A DNA stretch of 36,021 nucleotides, taken from the NCBI GenBank assembly GCA_034420915.1, contig DAOUKW010000077.1:1-36021 (forward strand). Direction: 5' to 3'. How positions within the stretch are numbered: position 1 is the stretch's first letter; the number at the start of each line of letters is the position of its first letter. The notes beneath the pieces were generated by a model. That model did not search any database and was not told the DNA's origin. It saw only the letters and a program-made list of their open reading frames with translations. The DNA is from Dehalococcoidia bacterium (GTDB lineage: Bacteria; Chloroflexota; Dehalococcoidia; UBA6926). Positions 13,577-20,893 of this stretch are shown piece by piece. Made by a program: the position numbers and the translations under genes.

Positions 13577-14854
13577 ATGCTTCAGGCACCTCGCCAAACC
13601 AGGGGCCTGTACTCGATGAAGGAAGTGTTCGGTGCAGTGCGGGCGCGGGTTTTTCAGATGCTCTGGCTCGACCCGGACGAGGTATCGTACGCAGCCAATA
13701 TTGCGGTGTGGGTTCGCTGGTTCCTCTGGGTCGGCGCCATAACCACTCTTGCCCACGAATCCGAGTTCACTTATTTCCAATCCCTACGCCAGACCATTTC
13801 GGTCATGCTCATGCACGTCTCAGTGGCCACCCTCAACGCCCATGTGCATTACCGTCTGCTTACCAAGCGTCGAGTGACGTGGCGTCACATGATTGTCCTC
13901 AGCGCGTTGGATCTAGCACTGATCACGGTCACCGTCGTCGATCTGGGGTACGACTCAATCTGGTTCGTCGGCTACTATCCCGCGCTTGCCATCTTCGCTG
14001 CCGTCTTCACTTCCGCTCTACTGAATCTCACCTGGACCACGGTCGCCTCCTCCATTTATGTCGGCGTGATTCTAACCGACGGGTCGGGTCTCACCTTCGA
14101 TGTGATCGATGAGAAGGCGCTCTATATAAGAGTGATTGCGATGTTCGGGGTAGTTCTTGTGATCAACTTCATCACTCGGTTCCAACGGCGCAGGGCGAGG
14201 GAGGCGATCGAAAGGGAAGGGGCGCTGCAACGAGAGCGGATCGAGCTTTCCCAGGCGATTCACGATACGGCCGCGCAGACGGCGTACATGATCGGCCTGG
14301 GCATAGACGCAGCCAAGCAGGTTGCCGGAAACTCGAACGAGGAGCTCACCTCCAGACTGGAAGCGACATCGCAGCTTTGCAAGACTGCCGTCTGGCAGCT
14401 GAGGCGCCCAATCGACATGGGTCGCATCTTCGATGGCCGGGAACTGGGCTGGACCCTGGACTCGCACGTTGCCACGTTCAGATCCATCACATCGATAGAG
14501 GCGGAGCTGAGGCAGAACGGTGCAGAGCCGCCACTTTCGGTTGAGGCAAAGAGTCGGCTGTTTACCATAGCGCATAACGCACTTGCCAACGCCTTCCGTC
14601 ATGCCGGGGCGAGCCGCGTGTTGGTCGACCTCGACTTCAGACGGGATGAACTCAGACTGTCGGTGTCGGACGACGGGGCGGGGCTTCCGGATGACTACGA
14701 GGAACGGGGCCACGGCTTCGCAAACATGCGGGCGGACGCTGAGCGTCTGGGCGGACGCCTTGTCGTTGAGGCCAGAGGCTTGACCGGGGGCGCGAGAGTG
14801 ACTTGTTTGGTGCCATTGGAACGTGGTGGAAAGGGGAGATACGTTGTCAACTGA
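13577..14854 (+). CDS. Polytopic membrane sensor histidine kinase, HisKA_3 (NarX/DesK-like) class
   Basis: AGGAGAG 4 nt upstream of the ATG. N-terminal half has multiple hydrophobic helices and no large loop. H-box LSQAIHDTAAQTAY. ATPase motifs NALANAFRHA, DDGAGLP, GHGFANM. Confidence 0.85.
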   Translation: MLQAPRQTRGLYSMKEVFGAVRARVFQMLWLDPDEVSYAANIAVWVRWFLWVGAITTLAHESEFTYFQSLRQTISVMLMHVSVATLNAHVHYRLLTKRRVTWRHMIVLSALDLALITVTVVDLGYDSIWFVGYYPALAIFAAVFTSALLNLTWTTVASSIYVGVILTDGSGLTFDVIDEKALYIRVIAMFGVVLVINFITRFQRRRAREAIEREGALQRERIELSQAIHDTAAQTAYMIGLGIDAAKQVAGNSNEELTSRLEATSQLCKTAVWQLRRPIDMGRIFDGRELGWTLDSHVATFRSITSIEAELRQNGAEPPLSVEAKSRLFTIAHNALANAFRHAGASRVLVDLDFRRDELRLSVSDDGAGLPDDYEERGHGFANMRADAERLGGRLVVEARGLTGGARVTCLVPLERGGKGRYVVN

Positions 14855-15497
14855 GACTCGTCGAATAAGGGTGCTGCTTGCGGACGACCATTCGATCGTG
14901 CGGGAAGGTCTTCAGTCGATGTTGGAGCGGTCCGAGGAGTTCGAGGTGGTGGGGGAGGCCAGGGACGGAGTGGAGGCAGTGGAAGCGGCGTCCAAACTCT
15001 CACCCGACGTAATCATCATGGATGTCATGATGCCCAAGAAGGACGGAGTGGAGGCATGCCGAGAGATCATGGAATCTCTCCCCGATACAAGGGTGATCAT
15101 GCTGACCGCCTCGACCGAGGCGGACGCTGTGATAGAGGCGATGGCCGCCGGAGCGGCGAGCTATCTTCAGAAAGTGTCCGGCGTGGACAATCTCCTGAGT
15201 ACGCTGAAGGGCGCGGCTGATGATGAGATGCGCATGCCGACCGAAGTGGTAAGGAGGGTCTTTGACAGGATACGGAGCGAGACACAATCGAAGGGAGAGT
15301 TCGACCTGACCCCGAGAGAGAAGGAGATACTTGTATCTTTCTGCCGAGGTATGTCATACGTCACCATCGCAGAGGCAAGGGGAGTCAAGCCGGTTACCAT
15401 CCGAAACGCCATCTACACCATCCAGGTGAAGATGGGTGTTTCCTCGAAGCAGGAGATTGTAGTCTTGGCAGTCCGGAACGGCCTCCTTGATGACTGA
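14823..15497 (+). CDS. NarL/LuxR-family response regulator
   Basis: REC (RVLLADDHSIVREGL...DVIIMDVMMPKKDG...) plus LuxR HTH (LTPREKEILVSFCRGMSYVTIAEARGVKPVTIRNAIYTIQVKMG). The likely real start is in-frame TTG 14844, preceded by GGGGAG. Either start overlaps the kinase stop (14852..14854). Confidence 0.9.
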   Translation: MVERGDTLSTETRRIRVLLADDHSIVREGLQSMLERSEEFEVVGEARDGVEAVEAASKLSPDVIIMDVMMPKKDGVEACREIMESLPDTRVIMLTASTEADAVIEAMAAGAASYLQKVSGVDNLLSTLKGAADDEMRMPTEVVRRVFDRIRSETQSKGEFDLTPREKEILVSFCRGMSYVTIAEARGVKPVTIRNAIYTIQVKMGVSSKQEIVVLAVRNGLLDD

Positions 15498-15680
15498 CCA
15501 CGCAAGCCGGTTTTGAGATAATGCAGCTTGGCCAGTGCGTGTATCACAGTGAAGGATTACCGCCGCAAGCTACGGAACAGGAAGTGGGCGCTTCAAGTGC
15601 ATTTGCCCTGTTCGTCAGTACCCTGACCAATGGCACGTAGGCCACTATTCGCCGCCGTTCCCGTTATTGGCATAACGAAA

Positions 15681-15752
15681 TACCCCTGCCGGGACTCGAA
15701 CCCGGGCCACCAGCTCCGGAGGCTGGTGCTCTATCCACTGAGCTACAGGGGC
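15681..15752 (-). tRNA. tRNA-Arg, anticodon CCG
   Basis: Hand-folded cloverleaf: acceptor GCCCCTG/CAGGGGT (G1-U72 wobble), D arm GCTC-AGTGGATA-GAGC, anticodon arm CCAGC-CTCCGGA-GCTGG, 4-nt variable loop, T arm CCGGG-TTCGAGT-CCCGG, discriminator A. No encoded CCA. Confidence 0.9.
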
Positions 15753-15896
15753 ATGATTCGTCCTGCCGACGCTTCATCATCATACTCTCCACGGCTCAAT
15801 ATCTGAGCCAGGAGGAGGACACATCCTTAGCCAATCGACCTCTCGCTGGGGATTGCTCATTCGCCATGTAGTAACGCATGAGCACAGGCTGATTTG

Positions 15897-17219
15897 CTAA
15901 CTACGCGTTTCGGCCGTCTGCTCCCTGCGCAAGCCCGGGGCGTTGTTGCGGAACGCGGGCACCAGCACGGCGGGTGCGATGAGCGTCGTCGCAATCGTCA
16001 TCAGGATCGCTACGCCAAAAAGATCCTGCCCAATCAGGCCCTGTGATACGCCGATGCCCGCCACAATCAGCCCCACTTCGCCGCGCGGCGCCATCCCCAC
16101 GCCCACGCGCCATGCCCCGATGCGGCTGAATCCCGCTGCCAGGGCCGGAATGCCGGATCCTGCCACCTTACCGATAATGGCCAGCACGACGATGATCAGC
16201 CCGAATCCAAGAGCATCAACCATGGCTTGAATGTCGACCATCGCGCCCATCACGACGAAGAAAATCGGCACCATCGCGTGGTAGAGGCCGTTCAACGGCT
16301 GATGGAGTTGATTGCGTAGTTCGGTCTGTGACAGGGCCAACCCCACGGAATACGCGCCGATAATCATCGCCAGCCCGAACATCTCTGCCAACGCTGCCGC
16401 AAATAGCCCGATGCCGAATACGATTGCGATTGCCGCGCCCTCCACACGGACGCTGTTGATCGCGCGGACAATGTACTTCGCGCCCAATATTCCACCGACC
16501 GTCAGCACGAGCCAGAAGCCAATCGCCTTGGCGCCGACGACTGCCACCTCGGTCCACTCAAACGAAGCCGCCTCTGTGGCTGCCTCAATGGACTCGCCTG
16601 CCGTCACGCCCACAACAACAGTTAGAATCAGGATCCCGAGCACGTCATCCACGACAGCAGCGCCCAGGATGGTCACGCCCTCCGGCGAGTCCAGGCGTCG
16701 TAAGTCGTCCAGAACGCGAGCTGTGATGCCGACGGAGGTTGCGGTCATGATGGTTCCCACGAACAGGGCAGGGGCCGAGAAGATGGAATCTGCAAAGCCG
16801 AACAGGACCGTCGCGTACGCGCCGAGCGCGAACGGGACAACCACGCCGCCAATGGCCACAAGACTCGCTTGGGGCACGAACCGCAGGAACGCCTTGAGAT
16901 CAGTGTTCAGTCCGGTCTCAAGCAGCAGGATGATGGCCGCCACTTGCCCAAATATAAAGAGTGTTTTGGGGACGGGAATGACCGCCCCCTCCTCCGGTGT
17001 TTCAAAAATCGGCTCGAAAAGAGCAGGGCGTTCGAAGCCGAACGGCTCGAACCCGTGTATCGCCACAGTGCCGATGATGATGCCCGCTACCAACTCCCCA
17101 ATGACCGCCGGTTGTCGCAGAACGCGCTCCGCGAACTCGCCCGCAAGCTTGGCGGCAACAAGGATAATGCCCAGTTGCATGGCGAGAACCACAGCCGAAT
17201 GGGTAAAATCTTCGCCCAA
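15897..17219 (-). CDS. Cation:proton antiporter (Na+/H+ exchanger, CPA-type membrane domain)
   Basis: 440 aa, about 12 hydrophobic helices. N-terminal signature LRQPAVIGELVAGIIIG is typical of Kef/NhaP-type exchangers. Confidence 0.8.
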   Translation of the reverse strand: MGEDFTHSAVVLAMQLGIILVAAKLAGEFAERVLRQPAVIGELVAGIIIGTVAIHGFEPFGFERPALFEPIFETPEEGAVIPVPKTLFIFGQVAAIILLLETGLNTDLKAFLRFVPQASLVAIGGVVVPFALGAYATVLFGFADSIFSAPALFVGTIMTATSVGITARVLDDLRRLDSPEGVTILGAAVVDDVLGILILTVVVGVTAGESIEAATEAASFEWTEVAVVGAKAIGFWLVLTVGGILGAKYIVRAINSVRVEGAAIAIVFGIGLFAAALAEMFGLAMIIGAYSVGLALSQTELRNQLHQPLNGLYHAMVPIFFVVMGAMVDIQAMVDALGFGLIIVVLAIIGKVAGSGIPALAAGFSRIGAWRVGVGMAPRGEVGLIVAGIGVSQGLIGQDLFGVAILMTIATTLIAPAVLVPAFRNNAPGLRREQTAETRS

Positions 17220-17286
17220 TATTTCCTCCTGGCTGAATACGGCGCAATGGCCACATTAGTATAAGGGATACGCATAGGACCAAGCC

Positions 17287-17691
17287 GTGCAGAACAAGGA
17301 TCGACAGACAGGCCCAACCACCCGTTCCAGGCGCGGGCTGCACGCCCAAAGCCTTGCCCGCCGCCGCCTTGAATCCGAGGATTTTCACATCTTGGCGGAG
17401 AACGTCCGCTACCGCGCGGGGGAACTTGATATTGTTGGCTTGATCGACGAGACGCTTGTGGCCGTCGAGGTTCGCAGCCGCTCCACGCCCAACGTAGGCA
17501 CCCCGGAGGAGTCCGTCACTCCCGCCAAGGCCGCCCGCCTTGCCCGTCTCATTGCGATATACCGGCAGCACCACGAAGCAGAGAAATTGCCTGAGAACAC
17601 GCGCATCGATGTGGTTGCCGTTGTCTTTGACCGGCGGGGCAGGTTGATGCGACTCACCTGGCACAAGAACGCCGTTGAGGATGCGAGCTGA
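17287..17691 (+). CDS. yraN: YraN-family (UPF0102) endonuclease-like protein
   Basis: G..AE......G......NVR....GELDIVG.....LVAVEVRSR....G.PEESVT..K pattern characteristic of the family. GTG start. Confidence 0.75.
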   Translation: MQNKDRQTGPTTRSRRGLHAQSLARRRLESEDFHILAENVRYRAGELDIVGLIDETLVAVEVRSRSTPNVGTPEESVTPAKAARLARLIAIYRQHHEAEKLPENTRIDVVAVVFDRRGRLMRLTWHKNAVEDAS

Positions 17692-17721
17692 CGTCCGCCC
17701 CTCTGTTAGACTGACCAGGCC

Positions 17722-17985
17722 ATGCCTATCTATGAATTCAAATGCGAGGACTGCGGGCGGGATACGAGTGTGTTCACGCGCTCCGTCTCCGCGCCTATCG
17801 GCGATCCGACCTGTCGTCACTGCGACGGCACATCTCTGCGTCGCAAAGTCTCACGCGTTGCCGTCGTCCGCTCCCGGCAGGACCTCTACCGGGACTATGA
17901 CCGCCTCTCCGCCTTTGATGACGCGCCGAGTGATGACGATTACGATGGGATGGATGACGGCTACTTCGATGACGGGTACGATTAA
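17722..17985 (+). CDS. FmdB-family zinc-ribbon protein (CxxC...CxxC) with acidic tail
   Basis: MPIYEFKCEDCG....CRHCDG, then a DDDYDGMDDGYFDDGYD C-terminus. Confidence 0.75.
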   Translation: MPIYEFKCEDCGRDTSVFTRSVSAPIGDPTCRHCDGTSLRRKVSRVAVVRSRQDLYRDYDRLSAFDDAPSDDDYDGMDDGYFDDGYD

Positions 17986-18023
17986 GGGCGATATGAGAGC
18001 GTGGCAGAGAGGGCGGTGACACA

Positions 18024-18380
18024 ATGCCCATTTACGAATACACCTGCAACGAGTGCGGCAAACGTTCCAGTACCTTCTATAAGGTCATGCCGGAGGAACT
18101 GCCCACGGAGCAGGAATGCGCCCACTGCGGCTCCACCAAGACTGAGAAGGTCATGTCCCGCGCCGCCTACGTACGCTCCACCGCCTCTCGACATGAGGCC
18201 TCCGGTGACCCCGACGCCCCCGGTTACGACTACTGGCGCGACCCGTCTAATATCGGGCGATGGGCTGAGAAGCGCATGGACGAGGCGGGCATCGAGATGC
18301 CTGATCGCGTCAAGGAGATGATTGGCCAGGCCCGCGAAGGCGAGGTCGACAAGATCCTCGACAAACGCGGCCTGGACTAG
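18024..18380 (+). CDS. FmdB-family zinc-ribbon protein, tandem paralogue
   Basis: MPIYEYTCNECG....CAHCGS. Same N-terminal signature as 17722..17985. Confidence 0.75.
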   Translation: MPIYEYTCNECGKRSSTFYKVMPEELPTEQECAHCGSTKTEKVMSRAAYVRSTASRHEASGDPDAPGYDYWRDPSNIGRWAEKRMDEAGIEMPDRVKEMIGQAREGEVDKILDKRGLD

Positions 18381-18386
18381 CCCCCG

Positions 18387-18420
18387 GTCATTCCCGCGAA
18401 TGCGGGAATCTGAAACGCAT
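18387..18420. repeat. REP-like palindromic element, copy A (core hairpin 18390..18409)
   Basis: gtcATTCCCGCgaatGCGGGAATctgaaacgcat, 7 nt after the stop of 18024..18380. The 34-nt unit recurs at 19411..19444. Confidence 0.85.
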
Positions 18421-18487
18421 TGCGCAGCGCAACCCTGCAGCGCCCAATCCTCTCATTCTGGTGAACGCCGGAATCCATCCGGTCTGC

Positions 18488-18510
18488 CATTCTGAGCGCA
18501 GCGAAGAATC
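18488..18510. repeat. Second REP-like family (cattctgagcgcagcgaagaatc)
   Basis: ATTCT...AGAAT inverted ends. I recognise this sequence type as a widespread bacterial intergenic repeat that yields spurious ..ILRCAQN../..SERSEES.. peptides. Single copy in this window. An extra small hairpin CCGGAatccaTCCGG lies around 18469..18483. Confidence 0.5.
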
Positions 18511-18594
18511 TCTCCCCCAAGCAGGAAAACTCTTGCGGCTCTTGCGATAATTGATAGTAGAAATCCCGCCTCGGATTGCTGAGGAGAAAACAGA

Positions 18595-19425
18595 ATGTCC
18601 CTGATCCCGCCCGCATTCATGGACAAGGTCGTCGCGCTTGGCACGCCCGATAAGGACGGAAACATACGGTACGCCGCCTCCGGCTTCTTGTACGGGCAGC
18701 CCTCAGGGAATCAGGGCCGTTATTACGTTTACCTGGTCACGAATCGGCACGTTGTGAAGGGGATACGCAGCCCGCAGATTCGCTTCAACGCGCTCGCCGG
18801 GACTGCTCCCAAGATACTGCCCTTGCCTCCGAATGACGGCGGACCGAATGATCACTGGATCTTTCATCCTGACCCGGATGTGGATGTTGCCGTTCTGCTA
18901 ATAGACTCGCTTGGGCAAGGCCTGAAAGACGTGAAGATGGCGTTCTTCACTGGAAACGCACAGACGGAACGCCTGGAGTCCATGAAGAGCGGCTCCGTCT
19001 CGGAGGGAGACGAAGTCTATGTGCTCGGTTTTCCGCTTGGATTGGCCGGCGCTGAACAGAACTACGTGATTGTGCGGCAGGGAGTTATCGCCCGGATTCA
19101 AGACTGCTACGAGCGTCGCTCCAAAGAATTCCTCATAGATTCATTTGTCTTCCCGGGCAATAGCGGAGGCCCGGTCATTCTCAAGCCAACCATGTTCTCG
19201 TATGGCCAAACGCGCCCGGATCCCAAGTTGATTGGCGTAGTGGCTGCCTATCAGCCGTTCGTTGACGTGGCACTGAGCGAGCAGACCGGGACTCCCAGGC
19301 TGATCGTCCAAGAGAACTCGGGACTTGCCACGGTGATTCCGGTCGATCTGATCCAGGAGACCGTTGGATTGGCGGCGGAACGGTACGGGATTACCCAACC
19401 GTCGCCATCCGTCATTCCCGCGTAG
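18595..19425 (+). CDS. Cytoplasmic trypsin-like (S1/chymotrypsin fold) serine protease, no signal peptide, no PDZ
   Basis: GAGGAG SD upstream. Catalytic-triad contexts VTNRHVV (His), DVDVAVLLI (Asp), FPGNSGGPV (Ser). Confidence 0.8.
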   Translation: MSLIPPAFMDKVVALGTPDKDGNIRYAASGFLYGQPSGNQGRYYVYLVTNRHVVKGIRSPQIRFNALAGTAPKILPLPPNDGGPNDHWIFHPDPDVDVAVLLIDSLGQGLKDVKMAFFTGNAQTERLESMKSGSVSEGDEVYVLGFPLGLAGAEQNYVIVRQGVIARIQDCYERRSKEFLIDSFVFPGNSGGPVILKPTMFSYGQTRPDPKLIGVVAAYQPFVDVALSEQTGTPRLIVQENSGLATVIPVDLIQETVGLAAERYGITQPSPSVIPA

Positions 19426-19444
19426 GCGGGAATCTAACACGCAT
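19411..19444. repeat. REP-like palindromic element, copy B (core hairpin 19414..19433)
   Basis: gtcATTCCCGCgtagGCGGGAATctaacacgcat. It encodes the last residues (..VIPA) of the protease, and the TAG stop is the hairpin loop. Confidence 0.85.
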
Positions 19445-19564
19445 CGCCTAACCCAGCCCGCCTCATCACCCTGCCTCCTGTATCCTTATAGCTGAGCGTC
19501 GTTGGCACTCCCAACGCCGCCCGCCGCGCAGTATTCACCCTGATTGTGATGGAGGCCTCACCAC

Positions 19565-20887
19565 GTGACCATTGAGCCGACGCTGACTGATATGAACACG
19601 ATCGTGTCGCTCGCCAAGCGGCGCGGGTTCGTGTTCCCTGCCAGCGAGATCTACGGCGGAATCGGCTCGTCGTGGGACTATGGCCCTCTGGGCGTGGAAC
19701 TCAAGCGCAACGTGCGCGACGCATGGTGGCGCGCGATGGTGCAGGAGCGCGATGACGTCGTCGGCCTTGACAGCGCCATCATCCAAAGCCCCCTCGTATG
19801 GGAGGCAAGCGGCCATGTCGCCGGATTTACGGACCCGCTTGTCGAGTGCCGCAGCTGCCATCGCCGCCAACGCGCCGACCACATCGAGGATAATAAGTGC
19901 CCGGACTGTGGAGCTGTGGGCGAATTCACGGAACCACGGCAGTTCAATCTCATGTTCAAGACGTTCCTCGGGCCGGTGGAAGAGGACGCGGCGGTCGCTT
20001 TCCTGCGGCCTGAGACGGCGCAGGGAATCTTCACGAATTTCGAGAACGTGCGAATGGCCACGCGCAAGAAAGTCCCGTTCGGCATTGCGCAAACAGGAAA
20101 ATCGTTCCGCAATGAAATTACAACTGGAAACTTCATATTCCGTACCCGTGAATTTGAACAAATGGAGATGGAATATTTTGTGCGGCCTGAGGACGGCTTT
20201 GCGTCCCTGGAATACTGGCGTAACGAGCGGATGCGGTGGTACACGGACCTCGGCATCAACCCGGAGCGGCTGCGCTTTCGGCAGCACGAGCAGGATGAAC
20301 TCGCCCACTATGCCGCCGCCGTCTATGACATTGAGTACCTGTTCCCCATCGGCTGGTCGGAGTTGGAGGGCATCGCCTACCGCGGCGACTTTGATCTCCG
20401 CCAGCACCAGGACAGTTCCGGCCGCAAGCTGGAGTATTTCGATGACGAACGCCAGGAGCGGTTCATACCTCATGTTGTGGAGCCCGCCAGCGGCGTCGAT
20501 CGCTGCCTGCTCGCCTTCCTCGTTGACGGCTACACGGAAGAGGAGGTGAACGGAGAGAGCCGCACCGTGCTCAAGCTGCACCGTGATCTTGCTCCGTATA
20601 AGGTTGCTGTCCTCCCTCTCTCCCGCAACGAAAAGCTCGTGCCAAAGGCGCGGGAGGTCTATGACATCGTCCGCCGCCGCTGGATGACCGACTATGACGA
20701 CTCCCAATCCATCGGCCGCCGCTACCGCCGACAGGACGAGATCGGCACGCCGTACTGCGTCACCATCGATTTCCAGACCGTAGAAGAGGATGACGCCGTG
20801 ACCGTTCGCGATCGTGACACGATGGAGCAGGTTCGCGTCCCCATCGCTGAGCTTGGCGCGCTGCTGGAAGACCGCCTAACGGGCTAA
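19565..20887 (+). CDS. glyQS: Glycine--tRNA ligase, homodimeric (alpha2) class II type
   Basis: LAKRRGFVFPASEIYGGIGSSWDYGPLGVELKRNV, FRNEITTGNFIFRTREFEQMEMEYF, GVDRCLLAFL. GGAGG lies 8 nt upstream of GTG 19565. Confidence 0.95.
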   Translation: MTIEPTLTDMNTIVSLAKRRGFVFPASEIYGGIGSSWDYGPLGVELKRNVRDAWWRAMVQERDDVVGLDSAIIQSPLVWEASGHVAGFTDPLVECRSCHRRQRADHIEDNKCPDCGAVGEFTEPRQFNLMFKTFLGPVEEDAAVAFLRPETAQGIFTNFENVRMATRKKVPFGIAQTGKSFRNEITTGNFIFRTREFEQMEMEYFVRPEDGFASLEYWRNERMRWYTDLGINPERLRFRQHEQDELAHYAAAVYDIEYLFPIGWSELEGIAYRGDFDLRQHQDSSGRKLEYFDDERQERFIPHVVEPASGVDRCLLAFLVDGYTEEEVNGESRTVLKLHRDLAPYKVAVLPLSRNEKLVPKAREVYDIVRRRWMTDYDDSQSIGRRYRRQDEIGTPYCVTIDFQTVEEDDAVTVRDRDTMEQVRVPIAELGALLEDRLTG

Positions 20888-20893
20888 GCGCCC

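Noticed and set aside
16312-17259. 315-aa + strand ORF
   Set aside because: Antisense to the antiporter gene. Ser/Thr/Ala/Pro-rich with no motifs, whereas the minus frame gives a clean 12-helix transporter.
19426-19564. Possible T-box leader upstream of glyQS
   Set aside because: The spacer is only about 139 nt. I could not find the conserved T-box sequence (..GGUGGUACCGCG..), the AGAGA/GNUGGNA features or a terminator/antiterminator pair. The region is mostly occupied by the REP-like element.
19535-20707. 390-aa minus-strand ORF
   Set aside because: Antisense to glyQS, whose class II synthetase motifs are unambiguous.
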